Source: the human T2T-CHM13v2.0 reference genome, Homo sapiens
Strand: one strand, 5' to 3'
NCBI RefSeq assembly: GCF_009914755.1
Contig: NC_060944.1
DNA: 64,000 nt
How positions within the stretch are numbered: position 1 is the first letter of the stretch; every line of letters starts with the position of its first letter. Shown piece after piece: positions 1 to 16,760 of the stretch. The translations under genes were made by a program, and so were the position numbers. The notes below the pieces were generated by a model. That model was not told where the DNA came from, did no database searches, and saw nothing but the letters and a program-made list of their open reading frames with translations.

Positions 1-2680
<2,680 letters not shown>

Positions 2681-2697
2681 TTGAACTTGTATTTTCT

Positions 2698-3014
2698 TTT
2701 TTTGTTGTTGTTTTGTTTTTGTTTTTGTTTTTGAGACGGAGTCTTGCTCCGTCCCCCAGGCTGGAGTAGAGTGGCGCCATCTCGGCTCAGTGCAAGCCCC
2801 GCCTCCCAGATTCACACCATTCTCCTGCCTCAGCCTCCCGAGCAGCTGGGACTACAAGGCACCTGCTACCATGCCTGGCTAATTTTTTGTATTTTTAATA
2901 GAGACGGGGTTTCACTGTGTTAGCCAGGATGGTCTCGGTCTCCTGACCTCGTGATCCGCCTGCCTTGGCCTCCCAAAGTGCTGGGATTACAGGCGTGAGC
3001 CACCACGCCCGGCC
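2698..3014 (-). mobile_element. AluY
   Basis: AluY-type diagnostics (TGCAAGC, TTAGCCAGGATGGTCTC, GACCTCGTGATCC); TSD TGAACTTGTATTTTCT at 2682-2697 and 3015-3030. Confidence 0.92.
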
Positions 3015-6000
3015 TGAACTTGTATTTTCTGACTTCTGCCACAGCCATCTCCCTCCAGTAGAAAAGATATGATATACTCCCAGTCATTTGGAGGTGCTAA
3101 GAAACATAACCTTATTGTTTGTTTGCTAATGGAAAGGAATTGAAATTTTTTTTTATTATAGAGAGAGCTGTATTCCAGTGTAGTAAGTAACCTACAGACT
3201 GTCTTACCCTGGGCAGATCTGCCAGCACTAAAAACTACAATAAACATTGCTTAAAAGAATTTTACATGATACAACCAAATACACAAGCACACACACAAAA
3301 AAATTTGTCTGTTAGTTTGTCTTTTTCCTTTCTACCCTTTGTTTCTCAGCTGTCCTCCAGGAATGCTTGACTTTACCAGTATTTGGCTTAAAATGAGAAA
3401 CCTTTGTCTGTACCTTTGATGTTTGTTTGCACAAAAATCAATAATCTGGCTTTCCATTAAAATAGTCCTTAAAGAAGCTAGTTTGTGGGGTCTTTGTTAA
3501 CTTGTGCAAAGCATACATTTTTGATGGTTTACTTTAAAAAAAAAACTAAATAGTTTGTCTTATACTTTAGTATTTTGGTTTTACTGGTTTTATGTAGTGA
3601 GGGACCCCATTCCATAAATGTAAGGATTTTTGAAGGATCCAGGTCCATTTATTAATCTGTATCTTTTTAAAGCATTTTATGAGCATCTGTTAAATTGAAA
3701 ATATTTAGCTTTATGATTATATTAAGGCTTGAAAATTGTCCAGTCCTAAAGTGTATTTTCCTTTTTTAGTTTTTTTTAGTTAGTATAGACACTGACTTTT
3801 CATTCTCCCCTTGCTTCCGCATGTCCCTATGAGATCAGGGGTTTTGTTGTGCCAGTAGAAGCTCCCTTATCACCTTTTGTGTAGAGGAGCCTCTGGGGAG
3901 AAAGCAATGCCCTGAAAATGCTCTGTGGTACAATTTCAGGTTTAAGAAGCTCGCTCCCATTTGGAGTTTCCCGTGGATGGCCGAACTGCTCCAAGAACAT
4001 TCCTCCAGTTATAGGCATTTTGTCGTTTTTCCTTTTGGGAAATACTTTGTGTGTACCTTTATTACGGGTTTTGATAGTGGAGCTGAGAGGCCCCGAGTAT
4101 TGGGATTGGAGCCACAATTTCTTCTCTTCTTTGTATCTTACCCAGTGTCTTACTCAGCAGCTCCCGCCGTGCTGTGACACCCCAGAATGTGTCATTTCGA
4201 AACGTCACAGCTGCCACTAGGTCATATGGGAGCGTGGAGCTGGCTGGGGGAGAGGTGCAGGTCAGTGATGGTTTTTTTTTCCCACATGGGATCTTTGAAG
4301 AAAATTTTAAAATGGCACTCTTATTTTCAATCCAAATATTCATATATTGTATTTTCCAGAAACATAATGAGGGAATGAAATTGTGGTTTAAGAGGCTGTG
4401 CTTCTCAAGTGTAGGTCCTGTGGCTTTAGTAGCAAGGGGTAGGCCTCCTGGCAGGATGAGGGGGCTTGGCGGGTGTGTTAAATATTGGTGGGGTGTGGGT
4501 CAGCTTCCCCTTTGGGCTTGGCTTTCTCAACCTCCATACTATGAAGCAGTCCTTTGACTTAAATTCAGTGTGGCAGGTCACCTTTAAAAGAGGGGCCTTC
4601 GTAAACTGCTTCGTGCACGATAACCCTTTATGACTCTTAATTGGGGGTAGCCGAGCAGTGGGTGATTTTGATATACCATATGTCCTGTAGCACAACAGGG
4701 CAAGATGATGGAGATTTCCAGGAGTCCTCTACTTAGCAAGAAGGAAAATAGGTTTAATAATGTTTACATTTTGATCGTTGTTTCTTAGATGTGTTGCTAG
4801 AGGAAACGCTTATAGTTTTGTTTGTTTTGAAAATGAAATTCCTGTGGAAAGGTCATTGCAATGCCAGCCCCTGTCATTTCTAGCCCACTTATCCCAGAGC
4901 TCATCTGCAGTGTGTCAGGTCTGGCTTACTTCTCTAACCAAAAAAGGCAAAGAATGTGTAAGCCCTGCTCTCTTCAGCAAATTGTCTGGGTGCTCCGTGA
5001 TGGGTGGAGTTCACGGTGTCAGCTGGATCCACAGGAAGCAGGGAAATGTTATAGACACATTTTCTCCTGTAAGTTTAGAGAGTCTGTGAGGCAAGATTCC
5101 AAAGCTTTGCCAAGAGCATAAATCCTAGGCTTTATCTCAGAACTACACATTGGGCCTTACCCTCTACATTGTAAACATTTCTTGGCAGTCAAATAAACCC
5201 AGGCAGTTTCTCGAAGGTGCCTGCCACCTCCTCCACCTCCCCTTCTTGAGGATCCTGACACAGGTTTGCTGCAGCAAGTCAGATATGATTCTTCCCTATT
5301 CGGGGCCCCCCACGGCTCTTCTGGGCTAGGGCAGGTTTGCCGCAGTAGGTACTTGCCGCTGAATGGAAGGCCCACCTCAGCCCCCCACATCTCAGTATAA
5401 ATAATGCGTGCGCTGGAGAGGAATAGCAACCAGACTGCTTGGGTTTTGCCATGTCTTCTCTTGCATAAGATTGGTCGTGGAGGAAAGGCACCCTCTGAAG
5501 ATGAGAGTGCTGGAGAGAGCGTTGTGCGCTGTGGTTGAGAAGAGTGCGCTGGTGGGGAGAGGAGACTGATGGGCAAGAACGCTGCAGCAGGCTCGTCCTG
5601 CAGCTGTAAATGGCACAGGACTGGAGCTCTTGAATTCCAGTTCTAGGCAGGGGAGCGTGGGTGTTGGATGAAAGGTTTAGTCCTGTGTTACATACAGGAC
5701 TAAAGTATAGTCCTGAGTAAAGTGTCTGAAACAAGAAGCATGTGACCACCTGGGCACATCATTTTTCTACCTGAGTGGTACTTGGTGTACTAAAGAGATT
5801 ATGGGATGCAGCACACTTAGACAAGGTGGAAGAATCTGAGTGGGTCTCATCACGTTGGAGTTGGTTTTTATGGGATATGGAAAAGAGGCCCGGATTTCTT
5901 CTGAGAGCAGGAGTAGCTGAGGAGCCCCGTGGCAGCAGAGCTCGTGAACTACACTTGTGTGAGAAGACAGGCTGGTAAGTTGAGACACGAGATTCTTGGA

Positions 6001-6125
6001 TTTTCCTGAGACCTTTCTCCTTCATCTCTCCAGACCCAAAGAGAATAACCTGGAAAGTCAGCTAGTGAGGGTCTGCAAGACCCAACTGAGAGAGCTTAAG
6101 AACCAGAGAATTTGGAGGCAGGTGA

Positions 6126-6442
<317 letters not shown>

Positions 6443-6840
6443 TGGAGTCACTGTTAATTTCTTCTGTTGGTCCATGGCAAGGTTTACAGATGACTTTGTT
6501 TGGAAAGCCTGAATCTGTTTTTAAAAGCAGGGATGGGGAGTGGGAAATCACAGTAGTTACTACTTGAGTCTATTTAGTGGACTATAAAAATTACTATAGC
6601 TTCAGTTTAACCTAATCAGAGCTTGCCATGAATTCGAGCCTGCTTGCCTCTCTTCAGGAAATTAATCTGGGTCATTTGACTGTCCCAGTTAAGCAGGTAC
6701 ATGTTTTAACAGTTTTAAAGGCAATTGCTGCCTGTATTTGGTTTTTCAGAGTATATACCCAGTTATCCTTGCCAATACATTTAAACCTCTTAGCCTACAG
6801 ATCTTTTCTTTTTACCAGCCTCAGTGTTTTGTGTTTTTCA

Positions 6841-6963
6841 TTTTTTTGTGGAGACAGGGTCTCTATTTCCCAGGCTGGTCTCGAACTCCTGGCCTCAAGC
6901 AGTCTGTCTGCCTCAGCCTCTGAAAGCATTGGGATTAAAGGCGTGAGCCACCATGCCCAGGCC
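6841..6963 (-). mobile_element. FLAM / Alu left monomer
   Basis: Single antisense Alu monomer ending GAGCCACCATGCCCAGGCC. Confidence 0.8.
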
Positions 6964-7257
6964 AGCCTTGATGTTTATTAATCCTTTTCAGTGACAGTCT
7001 CACTCTCCCTCTTTCTTTCTCTAGTGATTCCTTCCTCTGACGCCTGCTCTTACAATAGGCGTCCCTGCGAGAAGAGTCACCCAGTGGCATCAAGAGCTCT
7101 GGGCAGGATCCGTCCACTTCCAGAGTGGCCTGAAGAGTGGAACACATTTCTTTTTAGTTAAATGAGTTTCTTCGGTAATGTCCAGAATATAATAGCCTAA
7201 GCATGATGGAATCCCCCGTACCCCACCCTATACCCCCTTCCAAACAGAAACAACTGT

Positions 7258-7624
<367 letters not shown>

Positions 7625-8194
7625 TAGTTGAACTTAAGGTGGTGTCTAATTAGAGCAAAGTGCCTTCCATTTTAACTTCAATGAACTTGCCACGTTGGTC
7701 TGATGATAACCCAAGAGTAAGGAGTCTTGGATTCTGATCCCAGCTCAGCTTCTAGAGACTTGGTGGTTTTCAAATTGTTCTTGAGGGACTCCTTCAACTG
7801 AAGGGCTCCCTAGTTGCCAAGAGTGGTTGGTTCTGAGTCGAGGTGGCTTTGATTTGTCAGCTTTGGTCAGAGAATTCAGGCAGGGGGCAGGAAGTCCGTG
7901 TTCTGTAGTTGTTTTGTTATTTTACCCTTTTTATACCTTCCATTCAGGAGAAGTTTATTAGATGAATCCGTGTCCAGAAATAGAGAATTAGTTGCCTTCA
8001 TCCTTTATATTAATTTCCCTTGAAGTATAAACAGCCAAAGAAGAAAAGTACTTGTGGGAGAAAGGGGGTTCAGATCCTCAAATTTGAAAATAGTTTTCAA
8101 CTTCAGGAACGTGAAAGGTGACTGTTAACCAAAGTCTGAGTCTCAGGAGCTACTTCATGTGGTATGCTTTTACCTGATGTTATGTTTTAGATAT

Positions 8195-8400
8195 GGCTCA
8201 TTCATTCGGCACATGTGCTGGGTGCCTACTGTTTGCTGGACACTGCGGAGCCTGGTGGATGCTGGGGGAAGCAGATGGGTCTGGTCCTGGCCTCCAGGAG
8301 CTTACTAGTTAAATGTGGGAGTCATTGCTAATCATTTACGTAAGTCATTGTTTAATTTTAGTTGTGGTAAGTTTACAAAGAAAAGAAATGGGCTGCTAGG
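8195..8400 (-). mobile_element. L2 3' fragment
   Basis: CATTCATTC...GTGCCTACTGT...CCTGGCCTCCAGGAGCTTAC resembles the antisense L2 3' end. Confidence 0.6.
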
Positions 8401-10053
8401 AGAGCTCACTCTCTACCCTTTTCTCTTCCTTTGTAGACTGTGTGAGGAGCTCTCATTGCGGGTGGGAGACTGATTGCCTGCAGTAATGGGGAGAGGATAT
8501 GCCTGGTTCCCTCCTCTCACTCCTTGCTTGGACTTTTGTCTTTACAACTTGAACTAAGTATTCTCCATTTGACCTTTTTCCTGCCTCATTATTCTTCCCA
8601 GACATTCTCTAGCTTCTACTTTCTGCCTCTTCAGGTGTGCATCAGGGATCTGGTATCAAGGAATTTAGAACTTGAAAAGAAGTGTTATGGTCCAGTTCCC
8701 TCACTTTCAGATATGGAAGAAGGGAACACATCCACGGTCACACAGCAGGTTAGAGGCAGAACCAGGACCAAGCCTAGGTCTCTGCATCTCAGCCCAGGGC
8801 TTCTTGTTACATTCCTGCAGGAAGGGCTTTCTAAGTCAGCAGGGGCCCAGCGTCAGGGACCTACTTACCCTTGCAGAGACACTGAGAGGACAAAAACTAA
8901 GCCCCAAGGGGGCCAACAGCCCCAGACTTCACATGGCCTAGGGTTGTTTTCTATATATCTTGGCAGATTTATCAAGAGTACCTTTTTCCGGGAGCTGAGG
9001 AAAGAAAAAAAATATGCCCCATTCCTATCATTAGGGGATTCATATTCTAGAGGAACATAGAAGTCTCACATGTATGGAGAGAGCATAGAGCAGCTTGCTA
9101 GGGGCTCAGGTACACACCCTGTGTGAGGGAGAGCTCTGGAGCAGGAGGAGATGCGGAGTCGTCTCCTGGATGCAGAGCAAGGATTTTCCTAGAGAGGTGG
9201 AGTCCAGATAGTCCAAGGAGCAGAGGAGTGGAGGCCAGGCTTTGCTAGGGCTAGGAGAAGAGAGAGACCCCCTCCAGGCTTGCGGGGAATCCTGAAAAAA
9301 TGGTCCACACAGACAAAGAGGGTTAGGAGGTTGTGAGGCAGGGGCTGATTTTGTAAGACCTTGAACTCTGCTCTGAAGGACCAGATCATGGAGCTAGTGG
9401 GGTGCCGTGCCTCACTTTCTCAAGGGAGTGGTTTCATGAAAGCTGGGCTTTTGGGAGAGAAGTCTGGTGGCATTTTAGGAGCCCTAGGGGTCAGGAGGCC
9501 TAACCAGGGACTTACTGCAGTGACTCAGTTATGGAATGAGGAGGCCCTGGTCACAGGGAGTAGCAGTGGGGTATTTTGAGCTTCTATAGTGCTTGTTTGC
9601 AAAACATGATAAATTTAGGTTAATCTCCAAGCTTTAACATAGGAAGTATAACTTCAGTGTTTTTTTTCTTGCCATATCTAGGTGGAGTCCGCAAAGAAAT
9701 TGTGAGGCTCAGGTGTCTGTTTTATTTTATAAAGCATTTTGAAACTTTTGAGAACCAACAAAAAGAGAATGCAAATACCAAGTGTTATTTCTTTCTACTT
9801 CCAAATCTCAAGCCCTAAATTGAATACCATTTAATTCACTGTTGCCAATATGGCACTCTGCGTTCCTTTTTTGATAGAAAGTTTTGCCTTTTGAGCATTT
9901 GAAGCCCTAGCTTTGTGATATAGCTGAACAGGGTGGGCAGGCTGGTGGGGACAAGGAAGAACACGAGGACGAGAGTAGCTGCCCGGCTCCAGCAGCACCC
10001 ATGCCCTCGGCACGCACAGACTTAACGGTATTGTCTTCTCTTTATCTCCTTAG

Positions 10054-10203
10054 GAATACAAACAGAAGCTTGCACGAGTAACCCAGGTCCGCAAGGAACT
10101 GAAATCCCATATTCAGAGCTTGCCAGACCTCTCACTGCTGCCCAACGTCACAGGGGGCTTAGCCCCCCTGCCCTCTGCTGGGGACCTGTTTTCAACTGAC
10201 TAG
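10054..10203 (+). CDS. RPRD1B: RPRD1B (CREPT) terminal coding exon: EYKQKLARVTQVRKELKSHIQSLPDLSLLPNVTGGLAPLPSAGDLFSTD*
   Basis: Polypyrimidine tract and TAG acceptor at 10031-10053; 49 codons to TAG at 10201-10203; peptide matches the RPRD1B C-terminus as I recall it (not in the supplied ORF track). Confidence 0.95.
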   Translation, partial: EYKQKLARVTQVRKELKSHIQSLPDLSLLPNVTGGLAPLPSAGDLFSTD

Positions 10204-12693
10204 GATGGGTGTCATGTCCCAGATTTCTGTTTGTACCAGCAGAAAGAAGAGGGCAAGTCATGGTTGGAAATAACCTTCTAGCCCCTGGTTCTATCCCTTC
10301 TTCCGCCCAGCCCCCCAGCCTCAAGAAAGAACCTCAGACTCTGATTCTCCTCTTCAGCCTCTCATCTTGAGCACAGTTCAGAACAGTGGCGACTGGAATC
10401 TGGTTTATATTCATATTTGCAAAGACTACAGACTTTTTCTCCCACTTCATATTTTCATGCCCCCCTGTTGGTTTTCCATTCTTAACTGTCTCCTTATACC
10501 TAAGAAGTTATGAAAATCATGTGTACTTCTGGAAGCTTTCGAAAGAATCTTGTCCCTCATGACAGCATTTTATCATGAAAGCAGCTTCTCCTTTCTGGGC
10601 TGGGCTTGTTCAAGTTCGGTGTGGGCTTCCACTAAGGCACTTGTCCTGGAGACGTTGGCTTTCCCAGCTGCATCTGCCCCAAAAGGTTGTAGGCACAGCT
10701 GTCGTAGCGTTGCCATAAAGAGTTTGCCAAATCTCTGATCCTCCCTTTCCATTGCTTCTCCTAGTGATGCACGAAGATTAGGTGCATTTATTTTGTAAAC
10801 AGATTGGAGAATCTAGCAATAAGATTCAAAGCTAATCTGGAGCATAAAGGCACAGTTCAGAGACAGAATAACAGGGATCACAAGCATGAATTAAAAGGAA
10901 TTTATTTGCTTCAAGTTCCTAGATACAACCTTCCCATGCTGCACTTCTCCACTGTCGGAGCACGTTCCGAAAAACAGAATGCCTTGATCCCTGGTGGGTG
11001 CGAAGGCAGTTGTTAGGGATGGCAGGCATTGGTGGGCTCCAAAAGATGAAGGCCCCACACACAGGTGTGCTGCATTTGGGATCTGTGTGGGTGTTTCTTG
11101 GACCCTTTCTTCTGGGAGTAGGGTACACACTAACGTTTAATCCGCTGTCTGGGTGCATGTCCACAGTACGGTGGCTAAACTCGAACATCACTGCAAATAG
11201 GACGCTGAGCAGGTCCGTCTGTCATGTCACGCCACTGCACAGGTCCTTGTCCCCACACGACGGGGAGTACTTGCGTCAGATGTTATTGAATAGCTCGTCT
11301 CGGGCAGGGGAAGCGGGGAGTTGGGGATATTAATTGGGGGTTTTAATTCTATTATCATGTCAGCTGACATTATGACTATATAATGTAGTTAGAGACAATT
11401 TTTATCTTGCTTATAGTAAAGGTTCAGCCTGCCAATTGTAAATCATTCTAATTTGGCAGGCTTATTTTTGACATTGGAAAGGGCAGAAAGCGATTTGCCC
11501 CAGTAGTGTAATAGGAGTTATAGACCAGAGGCTGAAACCCAAACTATATAAAAAGGAATTCAGTGGAGGGGGCTTTGTAATCTCCATTAATTTGTGTTGC
11601 TACTTCCAGGATCACCAAAAATTACATGTAATTTTACATGTTAAACACATTGAAACATAACCTATGTTTATAAAGCATAACGGGCTTCCCTTCCAGAAGC
11701 TCTCCTGCTTGTCATGAAGTGAGAACAATGAAAAGTCATAGCAGATACTCAGTTTAACTCTGTGTAGAACCTAGTAGTGTTTGAGCTGTTATTCAGATTT
11801 GAATTCAGACTGTGTGTTGTTTGCTTATGGACACTGCCTGTCGTTCTGTCACTGTTAAATTAATGAGTCTATAAGGTTTTTCTTCCAGAGGCCATAGGTG
11901 ACATCACTAAAATTGCAAGATAAATTGTAATCTTTGCTGCTGCTGCACTCCCCAACCTCTCCCCCACCCCCCGTGGTGTGCTGCTTTCTAGATGAGCGTG
12001 TTTTGGAGCAGGCCCATCTGGGACACTCTATGCTTTCACCAAGGAAGTGCGATCTGAGCAGCCACAATCCAGCCAAAAGAGGATCGTAGATATTTGCTCT
12101 GATCAACTAGATGAAAATATAGCAGAATGGATTTAGCCCACTGCTCTGTTTTATCCAACTGAGTCTCTGACCAGCAATTGGTGCATAATTATTACAGCAA
12201 AAGTTAAGAAATGAAACTGTAGCAATTATGTAAATGAATGTGTTGGCCTCTTAATACCTGTTACTAGTGGACTTCCTGTGAGGAAGTTAGTTTTTTGTTT
12301 TGATGAAATGCTTTCGTTTTTTAAATCTTAATTCTGCTGTCCACATCCTCCCAAAGTGTGCTTACTTCATTTGTTTAATTTAAATGAACTTTCCTCCTTG
12401 TATGTATGAGGTGACTTGGTGGGTGGGGTGGGTGGTTTTTGTTTTTGTGTTTTTTCTTTCTTAGGGCATCTGTAGGCCTCAAAGGACCTTTCCTTTAGGT
12501 CATATTCCTCAGAAAGTCTTCAATCTTCCCTTGTTTTTGTTTGTTTGTTTTTCTTAAAGAATATTTTCAAAGCTTAAATTTGTATATTAATTTAGGACTA
12601 TTTAGAAGTATAGGCTGTCGTTGGCGGCAGCAGTATATTCTGAAATGTCTCATAGATATATATTTTTGAATAAAGATGGTGTTGTTGAACAAC
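10204..12693 (+). other. RPRD1B: RPRD1B 3'UTR (~2.5 kb, no recognisable transposon)
   Basis: Runs from the stop codon to AATAAA at 12669-12674; the 3' end is estimated. Confidence 0.8.
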
Positions 12694-12715
12694 ATTGTGT
12701 GATTTTTTTTTTAAA
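12669..12715 (+). terminator. RPRD1B: RPRD1B polyadenylation signal with downstream GU/U-rich element
   Basis: AATAAA 12669-12674, upstream TGTA (12581), CA near 12690-12694, then TTGTGTGATTTTTTTTTT. Confidence 0.82.
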
Positions 12716-13769
12716 CTACCCTGTTACTGAAAACAGTGCCTTTCTTTGTAAGCAGTGGGTGATTAGTAATCACCAATAGAGAATGTGCTGTCGGCACAGA
12801 ATCTTGTCCCTTGGGAGTTTTTGTGTCTGTTAGCGGCACATAAATACTCAGCATTTACGTAGTATTTTCTGGTTCTTTCCAGGGGCTTAATTAGCTTTAA
12901 TTAGGCAGTCCACACAGTACCCATGAGAGGTGCCGCCATAGTTTTACCCTCATTGTACAGAAGTGGGAACTGATGGAGAGAGATTAAATGACTCTTCCCC
13001 CATACTTCACAGCCAATCTCTGACAGATTAAAACTTGGAAGTTCTTTGATTTTAGCGCCTTTGTTCACACCAGTAGGCCTCCTGAGAGCGATTTGATTTT
13101 GGCAGTACACGGAAAGCCACGCTGAACAGTAAAAAGACGAAAAATGTGAGATAATTGCGAACCCAAGTGGTATGTCTCTTAAAAACAGTCATGGCTTTGC
13201 TTTGTCCTTTTCACTTGTACATGGAGTGAAAGCATATTGACTGTGTATTGCTGGTTAAAGCTCTCAAAATAACAAAAATGATTTTGAATTAGGTCCTTTT
13301 GAAGCAAGTGATATGTTTGGAAGGATCATAAACCTGTCCACTGGGTAATGGCAGCATCTGCCAGAAGAAGTGGGGTTATCTTATGGTGCAAAAACCTCTG
13401 TAGTAGGTGTGGTTCATCAAGACTGCAACCCAGATAAGTCCAGTATTAGGAAAATTGAGACTGCATTACCCAAGTTCTGTTAAAATATGAAAGTTGGATG
13501 TTACATGTGAATCTCAAGAGACAAGATCTCCTTCTGTGTCCCCAGATTTCATGGTCTAATTTCTTCACTCCTCCCTATAAATAGTAAGTCCATGATTCTT
13601 CTGGTTTAATTAGCACTTCAGGCTACAAAATGACTTTGAGGTCTTCAGAGCTGAAGATGGAGCTACCCAAGAGTCCATGAATCTGTCAAAATGCTTATCC
13701 TTTGTGACTAGAGCCATTAACTCTCTGTGTCACCTTCCTGGGCAAGGTATTTTCCTCTCTGGGCCTCAG

Positions 13770-14089
13770 TTTTTTCTTTCTTTTTTTTTTTTTTTTTTTT
13801 TTTTTTCTTTTTGAGACAGGATCTAACTCTTGCCCAGGCTGGTGCAACCTTAGCTCACTGCAGCCTCAATCTCCTCGTCTCAAGCTATCCTCCTATCTCA
13901 GCCTCTCAAGGAGCTAGGACTACAGGCATCTACCCACGCCTGGCCAATTTTTTTCTTTTCTTGACTTTTTTTAGAGATAGGGACTCACTATGTTGTCTAG
14001 GCTTGTCTCGAATTCTTGGGCTCAAGCAATCCTCCCGCCTTGACCTCCCAAAGTGCTAGGATTGTAGGCATGAGCCACCACAGCCAGCC
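13770..14089 (-). mobile_element. AluJ (inserted in a MIR)
   Basis: Poly-T plus GAGACAGGATCT..., AluJ-like; GCCTCAG(T/C)TT on both flanks within MIR-like sequence. Confidence 0.85.
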
Positions 14090-16423
14090 TCAGCTTTCTT
14101 ACCTGCAAAATGTAGTATTGGACTAAATTATCTCTAGGTTTTCTGCGAGCCCTAAAAGCTACGATTGTTGTGCTGCATAAGAAGCATATGGGACTGAAGT
14201 CTGAGAACTCTGGATGGTATATCCTGGGCACGCAGTACTATTTGTTAGAGAAATGAATAGTATCACCATTGTGCTGTGTATACATAGGAAACCCTGGAGA
14301 CCATAGTCTAAAGATCGGGGCACAGGAGACAGTGCCACGACCGGGAAGATGGGAGTAAACACAGTAGTTCACTGCACAAAATTCATATTTGGTTTATTTG
14401 GGATCTTTAAGAAAAAGCCATTTGCTAGCATGGTTTCCTCTTTTACTTTCTCCTGGAATAATTCATCTGGCTAAAGCTCATCGCTCACTGCTACCTCTGT
14501 AGGATTTTCCATTTAAAAATCATGCTTCCACTCTGAGGCACAGATTCAATTAAGAATCCATTCTCCTGTACAGTAGGTTGGGATTCATACAGCTTTATGT
14601 AGTGTTGAAAGCCCAGTGTGTTCACTTTTTTTAGACTCAAATAGTTATTTTGCATTAAAAATTCATTTCTACCATTGGTTTGATAAATATTAAAATTAGC
14701 AGGCCATTTATCTAGTATTTTTTGTGAATAAGAGGCAGCTGTGATGAGTGAAAACTCATATCTTCTCATCTCCTCTCACTATGATGACCTTGGGCAAGTC
14801 ACTCAGCCCTTGGGGACCTCAGCTGCTTCTTACAGGAAATGAGTAGGGTTGATTACGTAACCTCTGAAGTCCTGTGACTAGGTTTTCAGAATATTTCTTC
14901 CTACTGAGAATCTTAATAAACTCAGTACCTGAATAATGTACTCCATAGATTTTAAAATACTCACTATACAAATTCTTAGGAAAGAAAGTAGTTACCAACA
15001 TACTTGTTAATAACTGAGATGTTTGTAAAAAGGGCCTAGTGCTTTGGTACAAATTAGGGACTCAGTGGTGGCTGTTACTATGTTAAATAATGAATGCAGG
15101 TATTTATAAACACATGTAACAAGATTAAAATAGATGTCTGCTGGAAGGAGTAATAGAGACCACATGGCTAGACCATCTGCAGCATTTACAACAGAGTGGT
15201 CAAAAACCTGTCATCCTCAACCCCCCTCACCCACTTTAAGGGTATGAAAAGAGTCAGGAGTTAAGAGGTAAAGGAAGAGGATTTGGGATGAGAATTATTT
15301 GAAAAGGGCCATTGGTGTGTTTGGCATCTCCCTAGTGGGAGCAGTGGGTGCCACCTACACTTTATCTCAAGATTAGGGGAAAGGGCCTCCATGGAGCTTA
15401 GTATGTGTCCCTGATCTGGTGGATTAAACAGACCCCTGCCTGGAAAAGTCTGAAGGATGAGATGCCAGTGCTGGCTAAGTGTTTGATGACGAAGCAAGGG
15501 AGAGGCTGGGTGCAGACTCCACTCCTAGAGTTTGTCAGGGCAGAGCATGCATGTAGAAGAACTGGCCTGCATCCTGGGGTGATAGAGCCTGGGCAAGAGG
15601 CCCGGGGTTTCAAGGAGGCGAACTTCAGACTCACAGTGCTGAGGAAGGAGTAGAGCAAAGAGCCAGGGAGAAACCCTCACCCCAAGAGACCCCAGGTGAT
15701 GGGAGATGAGGATGGGAGACTGGGGGAAGGGAGGGGAGGAACCACTCCAAGGAGCATCTGAGGAGCCCATGGGGGAAGGAAGCTGTTAAACTTTGTTAAA
15801 CTTTTGCCCAGCAGCGCCCAGTCACCACCACCAGACCTTAAGGACTGTCTCTTGCTGCTGCTTCACTCCCACTGCTGTGTCCCTGGAAGGGTCAGAAACG
15901 GTAAACAAGGGAGGCCTCCCTTCCCGGATGCTGGCCTCCCTTCCCAGATGCTGGCCTCTCGCCCCCAGCAGACCCAGAGAGGTCACCTTCACATGATAGG
16001 CTATTTTGATTGTAACATGGGCTTGCACATTTACATCTCTGAAATGAGACTGTTTTTACACTTTAAGTGTGACTACAGGAATTTTTTTAAATAAAAATGA
16101 CTAGAGAAGTTATGGAGGCCTGGGTTTTTCTTTGAGAGTTACAGGATACATTAGCCCCACAAATTGGATTTCAAGGGACATAGGAGACAAAGTTGCTTTG
16201 CGATTGCAGTTCCCCAATCCTGCCTGTGTACTATGGTGGTTACACACACATGATTCATTTTAGGACCTTTAATTCTTGGTTCCCCTTTCCATTTTTGTTA
16301 CTTAAAAAGTTCATTTTCACAACCTCAGTTTGTTCATTAAATTGTGAATTCATAATCCTATGTATATGTGAACATATTTTTCAAAATTGTGGTAAAATAC
16401 ATATAACATAAATTTACTATTTT

Positions 16424-16760
<337 letters not shown>

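Noticed and set aside
8524-9060. 178-aa intronic ORF
   Set aside because: Non-ATG start, overlaps a MIR-like fragment, no domain similarity
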